Positions 1-10,498 of a stretch of 64,000 nucleotides of DNA are shown here, piece by piece; within the stretch, counting starts at the first letter, position 1, and every line of letters begins with the position of its first letter. Below the pieces are notes generated by a model that saw nothing but the letters and a program-made list of their open reading frames with translations, had not been told where the DNA came from and searched no databases. The stretch spans positions 2,944,001 through 3,008,000 of the forward strand of contig CP147778.1 of assembly GCA_037305845.1 (NCBI GenBank). Direction: 5' to 3'. The DNA is from Candidatus Freyarchaeum deiterrae (GTDB lineage: Archaea > Asgardarchaeota > Jordiarchaeia > Jordiarchaeales > Jordiarchaeaceae). Both the position numbers and the translations under genes were made by a program.

Positions 1-1542
1 AGACCGGACATTGCTGAGCGTTACAATTTTGGTGGTTCTCCTACAACCGCTTTCCTAACTCCTGAGGGTGAAGTTGTTACCGGAGGTACGTATATTCCTA
101 CGGAGAAGCTTAAACCCATGCTGGGGCAGGTTAGGGAATTTTACGAGACTAATAAGGCTTCTATTAAGGGGAAAATATCAGAGTTACAGAAGACCAGAGC
201 TAGGGCGGAAACCACCGCGGTTGAGACGGGGGAGTTATCCGAATCCATAGTTCAGGACATAGTGGACAGGGTCGTTGATGGTTTCGATTCAATGTATGGG
301 GGCTTCGGAACTAAGCCCAAGCTTCCTATGTCTGAGGCTATAGAGTTGGTGCTATCTCAGTACCAGTTGAAAAAGGATGATGTTCTCCTTTACATCGCGA
401 CGAAAACTCTGGATGAGATGCGCCGCCGCAACATTTGTGATAGGATTGCTGGCGGATTTTTCAGATACTCTATGGCTCAGGACTGGTCGAGTCCCCATTA
501 CGAGAAAATTTTGCAGAGCAACGCTCAGCTTCTCAGGAACTATATTCACGCTTATCAGGTTACGGGAAAAGCGGAATACACTGAAACCTCTAGGTCAATC
601 ATTGGATATGTTAGTTCAACACTCTCTGACAAAGAGAACGGTGGATTCTACGGAAGCCAAGCCGCGGATGAGCAGTATTATAAACTGCCTAAAGATGAGA
701 GAGTGAACGCAAGCTCTCCTCAGGTGGACAAAACTATTTACACCGACTGGAATGCACTAATGGTTTCTGCTTATCTAGAAGCCTATGCGATACTAGGAAT
801 TGAGGAGTGCAGAAAATTTGCGGTGAAAACCCTCGAATTTATAGCGGATAAACTTTACCAGAAAGGTGTCGGCATGTACCATTACTTTGATGGCGAACCC
901 AAAGTAGCTATGCTTCTTAACGATAACTTGTTTTTCTCAAGAACTCTTATTGATGCTTACCAGATCCTAGGCGAGAAGACTCACCTAGAGCAGGCAGAAG
1001 AGATAGCTGATTTCATTCTAGATAACTTTGTAGATATGCAGAGAGGCGGGGTATTTGACAGCTTGCCCGACGTAAACGCGATTGGATTACTTAAGAATAG
1101 AGGAAAAGTCATCATGCAGAATGGATTAGCAGCTGATATGTTTAACACGCTATACCACCTCACCGATAAAAAAATGTACCACTCTGTAGCCGAGGTTACA
1201 CTAACTGCTTTCGCAAAAACCTACCAATCCCATGAACTATACGCCACCGCGTATGCTCAAGCAGTAGATAGGTTTCTTAACCCTGCAGTCAAAATAGTAG
1301 TAATCGGACCCAAATCCGACGATAAAACCCACGAACTACACACCAAAGCACTGAACATATTCGAACCCAGGAGAATTGTGGAACTGCTGGACCCAGAAGA
1401 GGACAAGGAGAAAATACAGAAATCAAACTTTCCCGAAATCGCAGAGCCCGCAGTCTACGCTTGTATAGAAAACTCGTGCTCCCCACCAATAAAAGAGCCA
1501 GACAACGTTTTGCTAAAACTGAAACAATTCATAAGCAGATAG
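1..1542 (+). CDS. Thioredoxin-domain/DUF255 protein (YyaL/SSP411-like), 5'-truncated by the window edge
   Basis: Frame is open from base 1 (RPDIAERYNFGGSPTTAFLTPEG..GGTY). GGFGTKPK, GGFFRYS..W..PHYEK, TDWNALM and the C-terminal AVYACIENSCSPP match the YyaL family. Confidence 0.85.
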   Translation, partial: RPDIAERYNFGGSPTTAFLTPEGEVVTGGTYIPTEKLKPMLGQVREFYETNKASIKGKISELQKTRARAETTAVETGELSESIVQDIVDRVVDGFDSMYGGFGTKPKLPMSEAIELVLSQYQLKKDDVLLYIATKTLDEMRRRNICDRIAGGFFRYSMAQDWSSPHYEKILQSNAQLLRNYIHAYQVTGKAEYTETSRSIIGYVSSTLSDKENGGFYGSQAADEQYYKLPKDERVNASSPQVDKTIYTDWNALMVSAYLEAYAILGIEECRKFAVKTLEFIADKLYQKGVGMYHYFDGEPKVAMLLNDNLFFSRTLIDAYQILGEKTHLEQAEEIADFILDNFVDMQRGGVFDSLPDVNAIGLLKNRGKVIMQNGLAADMFNTLYHLTDKKMYHSVAEVTLTAFAKTYQSHELYATAYAQAVDRFLNPAVKIVVIGPKSDDKTHELHTKALNIFEPRRIVELLDPEEDKEKIQKSNFPEIAEPAVYACIENSCSPPIKEPDNVLLKLKQFISR

Positions 1543-1785
1543 CAAATTCACCCCGGAGGAAAAAAATCTTCTTCGCAATAGTCTCTCGCTTGGTTTTTGA
1601 TAGTATCTCGGGTGGTAATTTCAAAAATTCATAGATAATTGCGTAAAAAAATACCCTGATTTAAGCCTTTAATCAGCGCAGTAAAAAGACTTGTTTTCAT
1701 GGGTGATGCTAAAGAACTAGAAATAGAAATTAAGGACGATTAAAACAAGACTCGCTTTGTTTCTATGCCTATCTATTTTTTCTGC

Positions 1786-3054
1786 CTATCTAGTGTTTTT
1801 CGCCGCTTTTCTCTTTCTGGAAATTGTGGGTGCTACTTTTTGCTGTTTTTTACGCCTTTTCTTTTTCTTCATTATTTCCTGCATATAAGCCTGAGAGATG
1901 ATAACCACCACTACCAGTGTTACAGTGTAGAAATAGAACATTGACTCGAATCCCAAATAAGAACTCATTAGAGCTCCAATCACCGGTCCAACACTATATC
2001 CAACATAATAAGCCAAGTCGAAGAGTGAATTGGCGGTTGCGTATGCTTCGACGCCGCCTTCCTGAAGAGACTCTATAGCTAGGGGTGTCAAGGGTGTCCA
2101 GGCTATAGTTCCTACAGCTGAGTTGGCCATTATACATAGTGTTAAACTCACCGGGTCGTTGCAGAAGGGTATAAGCAGATTTATCACGGCGAGTGCAGCC
2201 ATTCCTCCCACTATGAACTTTTTTCTTCCGTATCTATCAGACAGTCTGCCAGCTAATGGTCGAAGTGCCGCATAGGTTAGAGATGCCAGTCCAAAAACTA
2301 AACCTATCTGTGAACTAGAGAGACTGAAACGCCCGGACAGATACGGTGGCATAAACGGCTCAAGGAATCCCCAGAAAATTGTTGTTAAACCATTTATTAT
2401 TATCAGTATGATCACATTTCTGATTCCGAGAGCCTTCCTTAGTATCTGTCTGTAAGGTAATGTCTCCACAACCGTTTTGCCTCTAGTCTCCCTCAATCTA
2501 AAAAACATGTAAACGCCCACAGCTAGAGAAAATGACGCACTTAGTAGAAAAGGATAATTAAAATTTAACTGAGCTAAGACTCCCCCCACCAATGGTCCCG
2601 CGATACCACCCACACCCGTTACTCCGGCTGCTATTCCTATTTTTTCTCCCTTATCTTTTCCAGGATATGTGTCTGCAACTAATGCTAGAGCTGAAGACCA
2701 AGTAGCCGAGGCCGCTAACCCCTGCACCGCCCTGCCCAACACGAGCAAGGGTACGCTTCGGGCTAGGGGATAGAGCAGCGAAGACACACCCAAGAGAATC
2801 ATCCCCGCAATCATGAAGGGTCTTCTACCGTAACGGTCGGACATCAACCCAAAGGGAATAACGGTTACCAACTGCACCAAGGCGTAAGAGGAGAAGATTA
2901 GTGCCAGGTCAAAATCAGTGGCACCTAGTGTCATTGCGTACTGGGGGAGAAAAGGAACTATGAGTCCGTATCCCAACGTATCTATAAACGCACTGAGGCA
3001 AACAATCACCAAGATCTCCGATGAGGGATTGAAGCGTCTCCGAGGTATCCGCAA
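1786..3054 (-). CDS. MFS transporter (DHA1/SLC18-like), paralog 1
   Basis: ~12 hydrophobic segments; motif A GLMSDRYGRR and GRLSDRYGRK; RAVQG. Confidence 0.9.
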   Translation of the reverse strand: MRIPRRRFNPSSEILVIVCLSAFIDTLGYGLIVPFLPQYAMTLGATDFDLALIFSSYALVQLVTVIPFGLMSDRYGRRPFMIAGMILLGVSSLLYPLARSVPLLVLGRAVQGLAASATWSSALALVADTYPGKDKGEKIGIAAGVTGVGGIAGPLVGGVLAQLNFNYPFLLSASFSLAVGVYMFFRLRETRGKTVVETLPYRQILRKALGIRNVIILIIINGLTTIFWGFLEPFMPPYLSGRFSLSSSQIGLVFGLASLTYAALRPLAGRLSDRYGRKKFIVGGMAALAVINLLIPFCNDPVSLTLCIMANSAVGTIAWTPLTPLAIESLQEGGVEAYATANSLFDLAYYVGYSVGPVIGALMSSYLGFESMFYFYTVTLVVVVIISQAYMQEIMKKKKRRKKQQKVAPTISRKRKAAKNTR

Positions 3055-3323
3055 AAAAATCCGCCCTGAAAAACCTGTTCGAGTACACTCACAAAAATAA
3101 GTACCTTGATACTTTTTAAAGCTTTCAAATTATACTAATGAAGAATAGCTCGGTTACACTTACAAAAAAAAGAATTATACGCAGTTTTTTCCATAGAGAG
3201 CAGGGGAACCCGTTTTAGTATGGGGAAGAAACGGTAACAATAATCATTTGCAGGAATTGTTTTAAGGGATTTAACCGAGCATTGAGCAATCTTAACCTTT
3301 TCGTATATTCATTGCTTCAATTT

Positions 3324-4634
3324 TTAGATTGTTTCCACCTGTTCTTTGTGATTCAACCGTCTTCTCCGGGAAATTTCCAGCTCAACTATTGGTCTCTTTA
3401 CTCTCGCTTTCTTCTTTTTTATTTCCTGCATATAGGCCTGTGAGAAAATGAGACATATCACCAGTATCAAACTGTAAAAGATGAACATAGACTCAAACCC
3501 GAAATAAGAACTCATAAAAGATCCAACTACAGGACCGATACTATAACCCACATAAAATGCTATGTCGAAGAGTGATTGCACAGTGGCGTAGGCTCCAATA
3601 CCCCGGTTCTGAAGAGAATCTATAACTAAGGGTGTCAATGGCGTCCAAGCTACAGCTGCCAGAGCTGAGGAAAGCACCATGAAAAACGTTAAGCTAACCG
3701 TATCCCAGCTGAAGGGTATTATAGCGTTTACTAGTGCCATGAGAATCATTCCACCTATTATGAACTTCTTTCTCCCGTATTTATCCGATAGTCTGCCGAC
3801 TAGTGGCTGAATTATCGCGTAGGCGAAAGTCATCCCTCCAAAAACCAAACCTATCTGAGTGCTTGAGAGCGAAAACCTTCCAGACAGGTAGGGAGGCATT
3901 AACGGCTCAATGAATCCCCAGAAAATTGTTGTTAAAACGTTAATAATTATGATTATGAGTACGTTTCTAATTTTGAGGGATTCCCCAATCATCTTCCTAT
4001 AAGGAACTCTCTCCACCGATTCTCGTCTCTTTTCAACCTTCAGCCTGAAAGCCATATAGACGAACATGGCTATACAAGCCGAGCCGATTATCAGAAAGGG
4101 ATAGTTAAAATTTACACTTGATATGACTCCTCCCGCCAGGGGGCCAGCTATACTGCCCATATTGGTCACACCGCTTGCGAGTCCCAGTTTTGCACCCTTA
4201 TCTTTTCCCGGATACATGTCTGCAACTAACGCTGTAGCCGAAGACCAGGTTGCCGAAGCCGCTAAACCCTGCACAGCTCTACACAAAATCATCATTGATA
4301 CGTTTCGGGCTAGGGGATAGAGTAGCGAAGCAGCACCCAAAAGAAGCATTCCCATAATCATGAAGGGTCTCCTACCGTAACGGTCGGACATCAACCCAAA
4401 GGGAATAACGGTTACCAACTGCACCAAGGCATAGGAGGCGAAAATTATGCCCACCTCTAGGTCAGACGCGCCAAGGGAAATGGCGTACTGTGGAAGAAAA
4501 GGAATTATAATTCCATAAGCCAATGAATCTATAAACGCACATATACAAACTATCACCAGTATCTCCGTTGAGGGGGACATCTTCTTGAATGTTCTCTGCA
4601 AATGAATCGCCCCCAATAAAATCTTTTCGCCCAT
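3324..4634 (-). CDS. MFS transporter (DHA1/SLC18-like), paralog 2
   Basis: Same motifs; close paralog of 1786..3054. Start may be the internal Met (MSPS). Confidence 0.9.
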   Translation of the reverse strand: MGEKILLGAIHLQRTFKKMSPSTEILVIVCICAFIDSLAYGIIIPFLPQYAISLGASDLEVGIIFASYALVQLVTVIPFGLMSDRYGRRPFMIMGMLLLGAASLLYPLARNVSMMILCRAVQGLAASATWSSATALVADMYPGKDKGAKLGLASGVTNMGSIAGPLAGGVISSVNFNYPFLIIGSACIAMFVYMAFRLKVEKRRESVERVPYRKMIGESLKIRNVLIIIIINVLTTIFWGFIEPLMPPYLSGRFSLSSTQIGLVFGGMTFAYAIIQPLVGRLSDKYGRKKFIIGGMILMALVNAIIPFSWDTVSLTFFMVLSSALAAVAWTPLTPLVIDSLQNRGIGAYATVQSLFDIAFYVGYSIGPVVGSFMSSYFGFESMFIFYSLILVICLIFSQAYMQEIKKKKARVKRPIVELEISRRRRLNHKEQVETI

Positions 4635-4728
4635 ATAGATTAGTCTTGAAATTTTTTTAAGGCTAACCCATTTAAAAGCCTAACCATCGAGGCATTTTGG
4701 ATTTGCTTTTTAGAAATTATTTGCTAAT

Positions 4729-5976
4729 TTACAAATCTTTCTTGGAAAGCTTTCTAGTGAATATTCCCTTCTCGATTATCAAGATTTGAGTGATTATTAT
4801 CATTATAACAAGTATTCCACTAAAAACCCAGAAGATGGATTCGAAACCAAAGTAAGAAGTTATGAGCACCCCCAGCATGGGACCAATGCTGTAACCCATA
4901 GTGTACGCGATGTTGAAGAGACCAGAAGCGGTTCCAAAGCTTTCCATTTTTTTACTCCTCAAGGAGTCCACCGCCAGGGGCATCAGTGGGGAAAAGGCCA
5001 AAGCCCAGAAGATTCCTGTAATCCCTAGTATTAGGAAAAGTAAGGGGACACTGGAAGCATAAGGAATTAATGGACTCAGTACACTTAAAGCCACAAGCCC
5101 GCTTACAATAAACACTTTTCTTCCATACCTGTCAGACAGCCTGCCCACAATAGGCTGGAAAACAGCAAATGTTAGAAAAGCCACCCCGAAAAATAATCCA
5201 ATCTCCGAACTGGGCATAAAAAATCTTCCATGCAAGTAGGGCGGCATAAGAGGCTCGGTGAATCCAAAAAATATTGCTATCATACTGTTAATACCCACAA
5301 CTATCAAAACATTCCTAACTCTGGTGGCTCTCCCCAGCATTTTCCGGTAAGGGATAGACGCTTCCACAGGTTCCTTTTTCGCTAAATGCAACCTAGCAAT
5401 CATATAGAGAGCTGCTGCTAGAGCTATGGAACCCAAAATGAAGAATGGTAAACCAAAATTGATGCCCCCCAAAATTCCGCCCACAACCGGTCCGGCAACG
5501 CTGCCCATACCAACGGCTCCGTTCGCAATACCCAGCTTTTCACCCTTATCACTTCCCGGATAGGTATCCGCTACAAGAGCCAAGGCGGAAGACCAAGTCG
5601 CAGAAGCAGCCAACCCCTGAACCGCTCTGCAAGCTACCAATGTCAAGACGCTCTTAGCGAAGGGATAATACAGGAAAGAAGCTGCCAGCAGAATCATTCC
5701 CACTATCATGAATCTTCTCCGCCCATATCTATCCGAAAGCAACCCGAAGGGTATCGTAGTAATGAGCTGTACTATTGCAAACGCGGAAAAAATCAGAGCT
5801 AGATCAAAATCCGAGGCACCCAGAGATAAGACGTATGTTGAAAGAATCGGAACCACTATTCCGTAACCAGTGGAATCTACAAAAAGACTTAGAAATGCGA
5901 CTCCCAAAATTTCTCTAGCTGAAGTAGTTGAAGTCACCCTGAGTTTCAAAGAATCCTCACCATAACCTTCCAGCAC
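4729..5976 (-). CDS. MFS transporter (DHA1/SLC18-like), paralog 3
   Basis: GLLSDRYGRR, RAVQGLAASATWSSALALVADTYP. Confidence 0.9.
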   Translation of the reverse strand: MLEGYGEDSLKLRVTSTTSAREILGVAFLSLFVDSTGYGIVVPILSTYVLSLGASDFDLALIFSAFAIVQLITTIPFGLLSDRYGRRRFMIVGMILLAASFLYYPFAKSVLTLVACRAVQGLAASATWSSALALVADTYPGSDKGEKLGIANGAVGMGSVAGPVVGGILGGINFGLPFFILGSIALAAALYMIARLHLAKKEPVEASIPYRKMLGRATRVRNVLIVVGINSMIAIFFGFTEPLMPPYLHGRFFMPSSEIGLFFGVAFLTFAVFQPIVGRLSDRYGRKVFIVSGLVALSVLSPLIPYASSVPLLFLILGITGIFWALAFSPLMPLAVDSLRSKKMESFGTASGLFNIAYTMGYSIGPMLGVLITSYFGFESIFWVFSGILVIMIIITQILIIEKGIFTRKLSKKDL

Positions 5977-6155
5977 CGCAGCTGCCGCAAATCAAGTTAC
6001 AAACTTTACACTAAGCTATTATACTTTTCCTAACTCTTATCACTCGGACGATAATTTTTCAACTAGACAGCGGAGCGAAAAAATACCCTGTGTCCTTACT
6101 AAATTTTGATAGTGGAGAAATCTTGATAAAGGATTTAATGTCGTAATAAATCGGG

Positions 6156-6563
6156 GTGATAAATTTGAAAGGATATGTAGCCGTTATTGAGAAAGAAACG
6201 AAGAAAAACACTGATTTCCGCCGTGTACTGTACACTGGGAAGTACAGTCAGCTAGTACTCATGAGCCTTAAGCCTGGTGAAGAAATAGGTTCAGAAACCC
6301 ATGAGGATGTTGATCAATTCTTTCGATTTGAGGAAGGGGAAGGAAAAGTGGTAATTGACGATGTAGAAAGCCGTGTCAAGGACGGATACGCAGTCATCGT
6401 ACCAGCGGGTGCTAAACATAATGTAATCAATACCTCTAAGAGCGTTAATCTCAAACTTTACACGATTTACTCGCCACCCGAACACCAAGATGGCGTAGTG
6501 CGCCACACCAAAAAAGAAGCGATGGCTAGCGAGGAACATTTTGACGGAAAAACTACAGAATAG
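6156..6563 (+). CDS. Cupin-domain protein (mannose-6-phosphate isomerase-like)
   Basis: GEEIGSETHEDVDQFFRFEEGEG and VIVPAGAKHNVIN cupin motifs. Confidence 0.9.
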   Translation: MINLKGYVAVIEKETKKNTDFRRVLYTGKYSQLVLMSLKPGEEIGSETHEDVDQFFRFEEGEGKVVIDDVESRVKDGYAVIVPAGAKHNVINTSKSVNLKLYTIYSPPEHQDGVVRHTKKEAMASEEHFDGKTTE

Positions 6564-7021
6564 CTCAATGTTCAATGTTCAGTGCAATATTTTTTTCTAT
6601 TATTTTTTCTTTTACGAAAAATCTATTATCTTCTCTCATTCCTACTACGTAAACAGGTAATGGAGTTTTAACGTTAGTAAAGACTTCTTTCGGTTTGTCA
6701 GAGTTTAAATAATCAGCCAGTCAGGTCAGCTTGCATTGAGATTAAGAGTTTATTCCACACTCAAACCTTAAAAGAACATGCGTCATAAAAATTTTTATTT
6801 AATGCTAAAAAATGGGTTATGCCTTCGGTTAAGAAAATGGCCCTAGACTAGCAGGGTAACTTTTGTTTCATCGCAAAAAAATGAAAAATAATTTTCTTTT
6901 AATTTTAATGCGCCCAGGGCATACGGGGCAAAAAACCCACCCCACAGTTTACTTATACAATGTCAATTAACATCATATAAAAAATCAATAACAAAAAAAA
7001 ACACAAAAATAGACAGAAGAG

Positions 7022-7052
7022 TGAGTAAGGGCAAACTCCCCTGTTTCCCTTA
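7022..7052 (-). terminator. Hairpin immediately after the Hsp20 stop codon
   Basis: Minus strand reads TAAGGGAAAC-AGGGGA-GTTTGCCCTTA, followed by a pyrimidine/T-rich tract. Confidence 0.4.
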
Positions 7053-7508
7053 CTTCTCTTTTACATCTACTTCTACAGGCTTATCAACCGGGGTCGGTTC
7101 CTTCTTCATAACTTTTACTGTTAGAATGCCGTTCTTAGCTTCTGCTATCACCTTATCAGCAATAACTTCATCTGGGAAGCAAACGGTTCTACCGAATTCA
7201 TAAGGTCGTTCTCTGAATAAGTACTTCTTGTCCCCCTCCTCCTTAATTTCGCCACTAATTTCCAAATAGTCCTTGCTGAGATTAACCTTTATATCGTCCT
7301 TTGAAAGTCCAGGAATTTCTGCAGTGATGGTATAGCTGTCACCATTGTCTTCCAAATCGATTCTCGGATAACAACCTCCAGATGATCGGTATTCTATGAT
7401 TCGTCTTGAAGGCAATACTTCAAGCAAAGGACCAAATACCCCGTAAGTGCTGTAGAGTACGTCATCTGGCTCACAAGCCACTACATCTCCATAGTCTACG
7501 AAACTCAT
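7050..7508 (-). CDS. Small heat-shock protein (Hsp20/alpha-crystallin)
   Basis: PRIDL.D..DSY.ITAEIPG.SKDDI; AEAKNGILTV. Confidence 0.92.
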   Translation of the reverse strand: MSFVDYGDVVACEPDDVLYSTYGVFGPLLEVLPSRRIIEYRSSGGCYPRIDLEDNGDSYTITAEIPGLSKDDIKVNLSKDYLEISGEIKEEGDKKYLFRERPYEFGRTVCFPDEVIADKVIAEAKNGILTVKVMKKEPTPVDKPVEVDVKEK

Positions 7509-7537
7509 GTATTTTTCCTCCAGTTTACTTCATTTAT

Positions 7538-7582
7538 TAGTATACACAATCTAGTTGTATACTAGGAGTAAATATATATAAA
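7538..7582 (-). promoter_or_regulatory. TATA box plus 9-N9-9 palindromic operator upstream of Hsp20
   Basis: Perfect inverted repeat TAGTATACA-caatctagt-TGTATACTA at 7538-7564; minus-strand TTTATATATA at ~7573-7582. Confidence 0.55.
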
Positions 7583-7681
7583 CCTTTCCACCGGCAAACC
7601 AATTATCCAAAAACTGTATCGAAAAAAGAAAGTAAAAAGAGCTATGCGAATCTCCAGATTCTATTCTAGTACAGGAGAATG

Positions 7682-9550
7682 TTATACATTAAAAATTGGT
7701 CTTTTCGACATGTGGATGGGTAGTGTTAATTGTTTAAAGGGCTTGTCGCCGATCTTGTTGCGAATTTCTTTTTCGAGTTCTTTTAGGTTCATTTCGGATT
7801 CTTCTCTGGTCTCTCGAACTCGAACTTTGAGTTTTTCGCCCTCCACCTCTTTGTCCCCTACAACTATTATGTAGGGTATCCATTCCTCTTCGGCCTGTTT
7901 TATTCTTCTCGCCACAGTTTCGCTTCGGTCATCGATGTCTGTGCGTACTTCTCTGATTTTCTCTGCAAGCTCTTCGGCGAATTTCAGGTGCCTTTCAGCG
8001 ACTGGAATTATTCGCAGCTGGACTGGAGCAACCCAGACCGGCAGCATTGGGGCTTTGCCCTCTTTCCTCATTTTTACAGCGGTGTCGAATAAAGTGAAGA
8101 GGTATCTCTCAATTGTGCCGATAACGGCTGAGTGCAGTATGAAGGGGAATTTTTCGTTTCCTTGAGCATCAGTGTACTTTATTCCGAACCTCTTACTGTT
8201 TCCGAAGTCTATCTGGACGGTGCCTATCTCTCTTGGTCGTTTGAGGTCGTCGGCTATGTGGTACTCGTTGTTTATTGACCAGTAGTAATTTATTCCTGGA
8301 GGATAGAAGCATATGAGTAGGTTCTTGTTCCTAGTTTCGGCGAGTTTGTGCAGGAAGTCCTTGTTTCTTTTATAGAAATCTTCCGAGGTCATGTTTATGA
8401 GCAGTTCATAGTTTCGCCCCAGTTCATCCAAAGCCTCGTAGATTTTTTCGTGGATTTTATAGAACCATTCCAAAGCTTCGTTCTCGTCTCTGCATAATAC
8501 ATGAAAGTCGGGCATGTGCATCTTTCTGGTTCTGAAACAAAGTAGCAGCTCACCGCTCTGCTCCATCCGGTAACTATCCGCAACCTCGAAAGCCCCAAAG
8601 GGAAGATTTCGGTAACTGATTATCCAGTCCTTCATAATGGCGAACTGCTGGTGGCAAGCCGCATACCGCATAACAAATTTCCTGTCCTCCACCTCTAGCT
8701 GGTATAAACGGTCACCGAAGAGTTCCGCGTGTTCCCTCACTGGCTTCATTTCCAAGTCGAACATGTTGGTTCCCCTAACAGAGTAGACCGGGATTCCCAG
8801 GCCTCTAATGATTCTCTCGGCGTATTCTGCTATGAGTTCGAACATTAGATTTCCCTCAGGACCGTACTTCATGTGGCCCCTATCCGAGAAACTCTCCCAG
8901 TTAATATTGTATCTTTTAACCACGCTGATAAATTCGGGTTCCTCATTAGAGCCGGGGCTCTCTCTGCCCAGAGCCTCTTTTTCGACTAGGAGCTTAAACT
9001 CGTCATCCTCACTGTTTTTTACGTACTCCTCTGCGCCGAATTCCTCACCCTCTTTAGTCAGTACCAAAAATCTCTTAGCAATTTTCTTCGGTAACTCTTT
9101 CTTAACTTCTTCCTCAGCCTCTTTCTCCACGGGGTGTATCTCCCGGGAAAGCTCTGACATAGGGTGACCCTTACAGCTTAATTTGAAAGCCTTGTAGAAT
9201 CCGAAGGGTGCGCGAATCACCGAGTACTCTTCTTTCAGCTTCTCGGCAACACTTTTGAGAATCTCCACAGCCGTTTTGGGATCAGAAAGATTGGGTGACA
9301 GGTGAGCGTAGGGATAAACCACTATGTTCTTGGCTCCCACTTGGTCCGCTACCTTTTTTATTTCTTCAGCGGTTTGGTCGATGACGTAGGTCTTGTTTAT
9401 TTCGTCACCTTTCTCAACTGCCGAAAAAATCACCAAGCATTCCTTGGAACTTCCCTGCTTGATTGATTCATCCGCTAGCTTCTCGGCAATCGGTGTCTTC
9501 TGAGTTACCCTGTACGAAAACTCGTCCGAGTGTATAAGTAGAATCCTCAT
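7682..9550 (-). CDS. thrS: Threonine--tRNA ligase (archaeal type with N-terminal editing domain)
   Basis: MRILLIHSD, YPYAHLS, APFGFYKAF..SCKGHP editing domain; RYAACHQQF, YRMEQSGE, HSAVIGTIER; C-terminal anticodon-binding domain. Confidence 0.97.
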   Translation of the reverse strand: MRILLIHSDEFSYRVTQKTPIAEKLADESIKQGSSKECLVIFSAVEKGDEINKTYVIDQTAEEIKKVADQVGAKNIVVYPYAHLSPNLSDPKTAVEILKSVAEKLKEEYSVIRAPFGFYKAFKLSCKGHPMSELSREIHPVEKEAEEEVKKELPKKIAKRFLVLTKEGEEFGAEEYVKNSEDDEFKLLVEKEALGRESPGSNEEPEFISVVKRYNINWESFSDRGHMKYGPEGNLMFELIAEYAERIIRGLGIPVYSVRGTNMFDLEMKPVREHAELFGDRLYQLEVEDRKFVMRYAACHQQFAIMKDWIISYRNLPFGAFEVADSYRMEQSGELLLCFRTRKMHMPDFHVLCRDENEALEWFYKIHEKIYEALDELGRNYELLINMTSEDFYKRNKDFLHKLAETRNKNLLICFYPPGINYYWSINNEYHIADDLKRPREIGTVQIDFGNSKRFGIKYTDAQGNEKFPFILHSAVIGTIERYLFTLFDTAVKMRKEGKAPMLPVWVAPVQLRIIPVAERHLKFAEELAEKIREVRTDIDDRSETVARRIKQAEEEWIPYIIVVGDKEVEGEKLKVRVRETREESEMNLKELEKEIRNKIGDKPFKQLTLPIHMSKRPIFNV

Positions 9551-9716
9551 GCTTACAGCATCCCATCAAAAAATTATTCCTTGAAATCGATTCTCTGAAT
9601 ATCTAATAAACATATTTATAACTTGTGGTATCACCTGCAAGAACCATTTGCTAAACAATGAACAATCGGCAGCAAAAAAATTAATAACCTAGTCTTATAA
9701 CAATATTATAAGGAGG

Positions 9717-10430
9717 TTGGAAGGAATGGGATTTAAACCCTCTGATTTTAAAATGTTAGAAGAAGCTCCCTACGAATATCCAGCACCCGCTGCCTATTTC
9801 GAACTAGTTATGAACGGGATAAAACAGGAAGAAAAAACGTTAGGTCCTGCGTTCACCTCCAGATACATAAAGTACGCCTTACAGTTTCTAGCCCAAAAAT
9901 ACGGAGAAGAACCCTCAGATATTAAAACACTGGATCAATTGAAAAATTATCTAATCGCGGCGTATGATAATTGCCCCGCTTGTTATCCTCCAGTAATCAT
10001 ATATGCCCAAGTTAGGACTGAAACTGAGCTTGAAGGCAGAGCTGGAGTTGCGGGAACCCGGTTTGAGATGATGGGTATTGCTAAAGATATTTCGGGTAGA
10101 TCAGCCAGTAAAGATAAAGAAGTTGACCTTGACGCCCTTGTGTTAAAGCTTCGCCAAGTCACACTTGGAATGAAAGTCGCTCCCCAAAAATGGGGATATA
10201 CTCTAGATGAAGACGGAAAAATAGTAATACTCCATCCCACTTGTTACCTCCTCGAAGGATGTCGAGCGGCTTTTAATGATGGCTTCTTAAAAAGGCCAAA
10301 CGGTGGGCTTAGATGTGGTATCACAGCGACTGCAATCCAGTACTTTACGCTAGTCACAGGTAATCAATGGGACTACGAACTCTTAGAATTCGATAAACCA
10401 TACTGCATAAGTAAAGCTTTCATGGTCTAA
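9717..10430 (+). CDS. Hypothetical protein with Cys-rich V4R/MetOD1-like C-terminus (paralog of 20519..21295)
   Basis: HPTCYLLEGC...GGLRC...WDYELLEFDKPYC; collinear with the 20519 protein. Confidence 0.7.
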   Translation: MEGMGFKPSDFKMLEEAPYEYPAPAAYFELVMNGIKQEEKTLGPAFTSRYIKYALQFLAQKYGEEPSDIKTLDQLKNYLIAAYDNCPACYPPVIIYAQVRTETELEGRAGVAGTRFEMMGIAKDISGRSASKDKEVDLDALVLKLRQVTLGMKVAPQKWGYTLDEDGKIVILHPTCYLLEGCRAAFNDGFLKRPNGGLRCGITATAIQYFTLVTGNQWDYELLEFDKPYCISKAFMV

Positions 10431-10498
10431 TCATTCATTCAGGAATAGTTTTCAGTGAAATCTCTACACAGAAAAGAAAAATAGTATCCTCACTTGCG

